Positions 43,175 to 45,329 of a DNA stretch of 45,329 nucleotides are shown here, one piece after another; position 1 is the first letter of the stretch, and each line of letters opens with the position of its first letter. Source of the stretch: a bacterium (GTDB lineage: Bacteria > Patescibacteriota > JACMRA01). The stretch spans positions 1 to 45,329 of the forward strand of contig JAYWFX010000101.1 of the NCBI GenBank assembly GCA_043778575.1, in the 5' to 3' direction. The position numbers and the translations under genes are program-made. The notes below the pieces were generated by a model. It saw nothing but the letters and a program-made list of their open reading frames with translations, was not told where the DNA came from and made no database searches.

Positions 43175-44992
43175 GTGAATATGTATATCATTCCAGAAGT
43201 GTTGAAACAAAAAATTGGTGAGCATGTCACAGTTGGTGGTTTTGTGCACAGTATTCGAGATCATGGTGGGCTGATTTTTATCGACCTGCGAAACGACTCA
43301 AAGATATTGCAGTGTGTCATCAATCCACAGGCTAACAACGATACATTTGAACTTTCTCAGCATATACGTAGTGAATTTGTCATCAAAGTAGAAGGTAAGA
43401 TTCAACCACGATCATCTGACACAATCAATGAAAATCTAGAGACTGGAGAGATAGAGCTATTGGTAGAAAAGTTAGAAATAGTCGCTAAAAGTTTACCACT
43501 CCCTTTTGATATTCACGCCGAACAACACCTTGCCAATGAGGATATTCGCTTGAAATATAGGTATTTGGATTTGCGTCGCGAAAAACTAAAAAACCTTATG
43601 GTGATGAGGCACAAACTGATTTTAGCTATGAGAAACTGGTTTGACAGCGAGGGGTTTGTAGAGGTTCAGACTCCGATTCTGGCTAATTCATCTCCAGAGG
43701 GTGCACGAGATTATCTGATTCCTAGTCGTCTCCACGCAGGCAAGTTTTATGCACTACCTCAGGCGCCGCAGCAGTTTAAGCAACTTTTGATGGTAGCAGG
43801 GTTCAATAAATACTTTCAAATCGCTCCGTGTTTTCGCGATGAAGATCCTCGGGCAGATAGGGCAATAGGGGACTTTTATCAATTGGATTTAGAGATAGCT
43901 TGGGCTGGTCAAGAAGATATTTTTGTCATGTTTGAAAAATTTGTGTCTGAGGTGCTAGTCCGTCCAGAATTTACCGCTAAAAAACTAAGTGAAACCACAT
44001 TTGCTCGAATCAAGTATGATGACGCCATGAACAACTACGGCTCAGACAAGCCTGACCTCAGATTTGACCTCGGCTGGAAAGATGCTAAACCAGTGTTTGC
44101 TGGGAGTGAGTTTAGGGTTTTTGCAGATATGTGCGCTGATGACAGTTCGCGTGTCCAAGCTCTCAGAGTACCAAATGGAGCGGCACGATTTAGTCGTAGT
44201 GACCTAGATAAAATCCAAGATATTGGGCGTCAAAACGGACTACCGGGTATTGCCTACATACAGTATTTTGAAGAGGGTGACAAGAGTCCAATTTTCAAGT
44301 TTTTTGGAGATGAGTCTACACAATTAGCTAAAAAAACAGAAATCAAAGATAAGTTTGGGTGTGAAACTGGTGATTTACTCCTCTTTGTGGCAAACTCTGA
44401 CAGACATATCGTGTTCAAGGCTCAAAATCAAATGAGGCTTCACATCGCCAGAGAAATGAACCTAATTGATGAAAATGTGCTAAAATTTGCTTGGATTTAT
44501 GATTTTCCTTTTTTTGAGTACGATGAAAAGCTAGACAAGATTGACTTTTGCCATAATCCATTTGGGGCTTGGAAACCTGATGAGGGTATGACAAATAGGG
44601 AAACTTTAGCAAAATATGAGAGCGAGGGTAGGCTGACTGACCTGAGAGCAATTCAGTACGATATCACCTGCAACGGCTATGAGATATCCAGCGGTGGAGT
44701 GAGAAACAACAATCCTGATGATTTATTGGCAGCCTTTCAGCTAGTTGGATATAGTGAGGACGAGGTAAAATCTCGCTTTGGTCATATGCTCGAAGCCTAC
44801 AAATATGGTGCACCATTTCATGCTGGGTTTGCACCGGGAATCGATAGGATTATGATGATTTTGACTGGGGAAACAAATATCCGTGAGGTGATTGCCTTTC
44901 CAAAAAATGGCTCAGGTGTAGATCTCATGACCGATAGCCCCAGTGTAGTTCGTGATATCCAGCTCAAAGAACTCAGTATAAAAGTAGTATAA
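43175..44992 (+). CDS. aspS: aspartyl-tRNA synthetase, bacterial type (ATG at 43181 is the likelier start than GTG at 43175)
   Basis: 605 aa. OB N-domain V.GFVHSIRDHGGLIFIDLRD. Class II motifs FYALPQAPQQFKQLLMV, CFRDEDPRADR and GFAPGIDRIMM. The bacterial insertion domain is present. Confidence 0.93.
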   Translation: MNMYIIPEVLKQKIGEHVTVGGFVHSIRDHGGLIFIDLRNDSKILQCVINPQANNDTFELSQHIRSEFVIKVEGKIQPRSSDTINENLETGEIELLVEKLEIVAKSLPLPFDIHAEQHLANEDIRLKYRYLDLRREKLKNLMVMRHKLILAMRNWFDSEGFVEVQTPILANSSPEGARDYLIPSRLHAGKFYALPQAPQQFKQLLMVAGFNKYFQIAPCFRDEDPRADRAIGDFYQLDLEIAWAGQEDIFVMFEKFVSEVLVRPEFTAKKLSETTFARIKYDDAMNNYGSDKPDLRFDLGWKDAKPVFAGSEFRVFADMCADDSSRVQALRVPNGAARFSRSDLDKIQDIGRQNGLPGIAYIQYFEEGDKSPIFKFFGDESTQLAKKTEIKDKFGCETGDLLLFVANSDRHIVFKAQNQMRLHIAREMNLIDENVLKFAWIYDFPFFEYDEKLDKIDFCHNPFGAWKPDEGMTNRETLAKYESEGRLTDLRAIQYDITCNGYEISSGGVRNNNPDDLLAAFQLVGYSEDEVKSRFGHMLEAYKYGAPFHAGFAPGIDRIMMILTGETNIREVIAFPKNGSGVDLMTDSPSVVRDIQLKELSIKVV

Positions 44993-45006
44993 AATGAAGT
45001 GCGTTT

Positions 45007-45321
45007 GTGAAAAAGAAAAAAGTTCGCCGAAATCCAAATGAAGCCATTTTAAACCTACGACAGATCAGCTTTGATAATCATTTGCAGTCTCAGGGTGAGA
45101 TCGAGCTAGTGCTGGACAAATTTATCGCTCCACTCCTACAAAGACAGGGCATATCAGCTAAAATCATAGTAGGCAAGGGTATGAACTCAAGCACATTTAT
45201 AGACGGCAAACACCCGTTGAGGTACTACACAGAATGCTACCTCAGCAAACTAGGACTGTACTGGAAAAACGGATTTTTGACTGAGGGCAAAGAGGGGGTA
45301 ATCGTGGTCGGTTTTGAGTAA
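45007..45321 (+). CDS. small Smr-domain-like protein (GTG start)
   Basis: 104 aa. IELVLDKFI......GISAKIIVGKGMNS resembles the Smr 'A...L..fl.......v.IIhGKG.hS' core. This is a weak by-eye call. Confidence 0.4.
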   Translation: MKKKKVRRNPNEAILNLRQISFDNHLQSQGEIELVLDKFIAPLLQRQGISAKIIVGKGMNSSTFIDGKHPLRYYTECYLSKLGLYWKNGFLTEGKEGVIVVGFE

Positions 45322-45329
45322 ATAGATGA

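Noticed and set aside
43154-43175. Hairpin CTCAAAA-N8-TTTTGAG just before aspS, considered as an attenuator, T-box or terminator.
   Set aside because: The stem is all A/T-rich 7 bp with no T-box specifier or conserved box. The leader is far too short for a T-box. It overlaps the alternative GTG start.
1-45329. Alternative genetic code (TGA or other stop reassignment, as in Gracilibacteria/SR1) as the cause of the truncated genes
   Set aside because: Long conserved genes (rpoB, aspS, rnj, acd, ribosomal proteins) are uninterrupted under code 11, and TGA acts as a stop in the ATGA overlaps at 4116-4119 and 33592-33595. Sequence after the truncated ORFs does not continue the homologous protein in any frame.
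1-45329. CRISPR arrays, IS elements, prophage genes, DGR (reverse transcriptase plus repeats), RM or TA modules
   Set aside because: I found no spaced direct repeats and no transposase, integrase, RT, methylase or restriction motifs in any ORF. A by-eye scan cannot exclude short degenerate repeats.

Overview
AT-rich, very gene-dense window: by my tally the gaps between genes total only about 2 kb of 45.3 kb. It reads as chromosome from a small-genome, CPR/Patescibacteria-like bacterium using the standard bacterial code, since TGA serves as a stop in two ATGA start/stop overlaps. Content:
- A minus-strand cluster of 20 ribosomal-protein genes plus tsf (20.5-30.6 kb), next to rpoA.
- rpoB, aspS, RNase J, HU, YbaB, an ADP-forming acetyl-CoA synthetase and two M16 peptidase homologues.
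- Three tRNAs (Ser-GGA, Ile-GAU, Phe-GAA), all with an encoded CCA end.
- Envelope and cell-wall proteins: a lamin-tail-domain protein, two lysozyme-like proteins, a DUF4012 plus O-antigen-ligase-like pair, a Wzz-like protein, a rhomboid, a sortase-like protein and a GH6.

I found no CRISPR array, transposase, integrase, restriction-modification, toxin-antitoxin, reverse transcriptase or recognisable defence or secretion module. I cannot defend a discrete new 'system' here. What is unusual:
1. Every DNA replication/repair gene in the window (ligA, pcrA/uvrD, uvrC, recJ) is present only as a partial gene with clean, compact junctions.
2. Near-universal gene orders are broken repeatedly:
   - S19 precedes L2, and S17 precedes L16.
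   - L29 and L30 are absent.
   - tsf and rplY sit between rpsE and rplO.
   - The order L15-tRNA-Ile-rpoA lacks secY through rpsD, and rplQ is absent.
   - rpoB has no rpoC.
3. A sortase-fold protein has Ser where the catalytic Cys belongs.
4. Leaders lack Shine-Dalgarno motifs, even for ribosomal-protein genes.

These could reflect a truly scrambled reduced genome or an assembly or binning chimera. Only read-level checks can separate the two.
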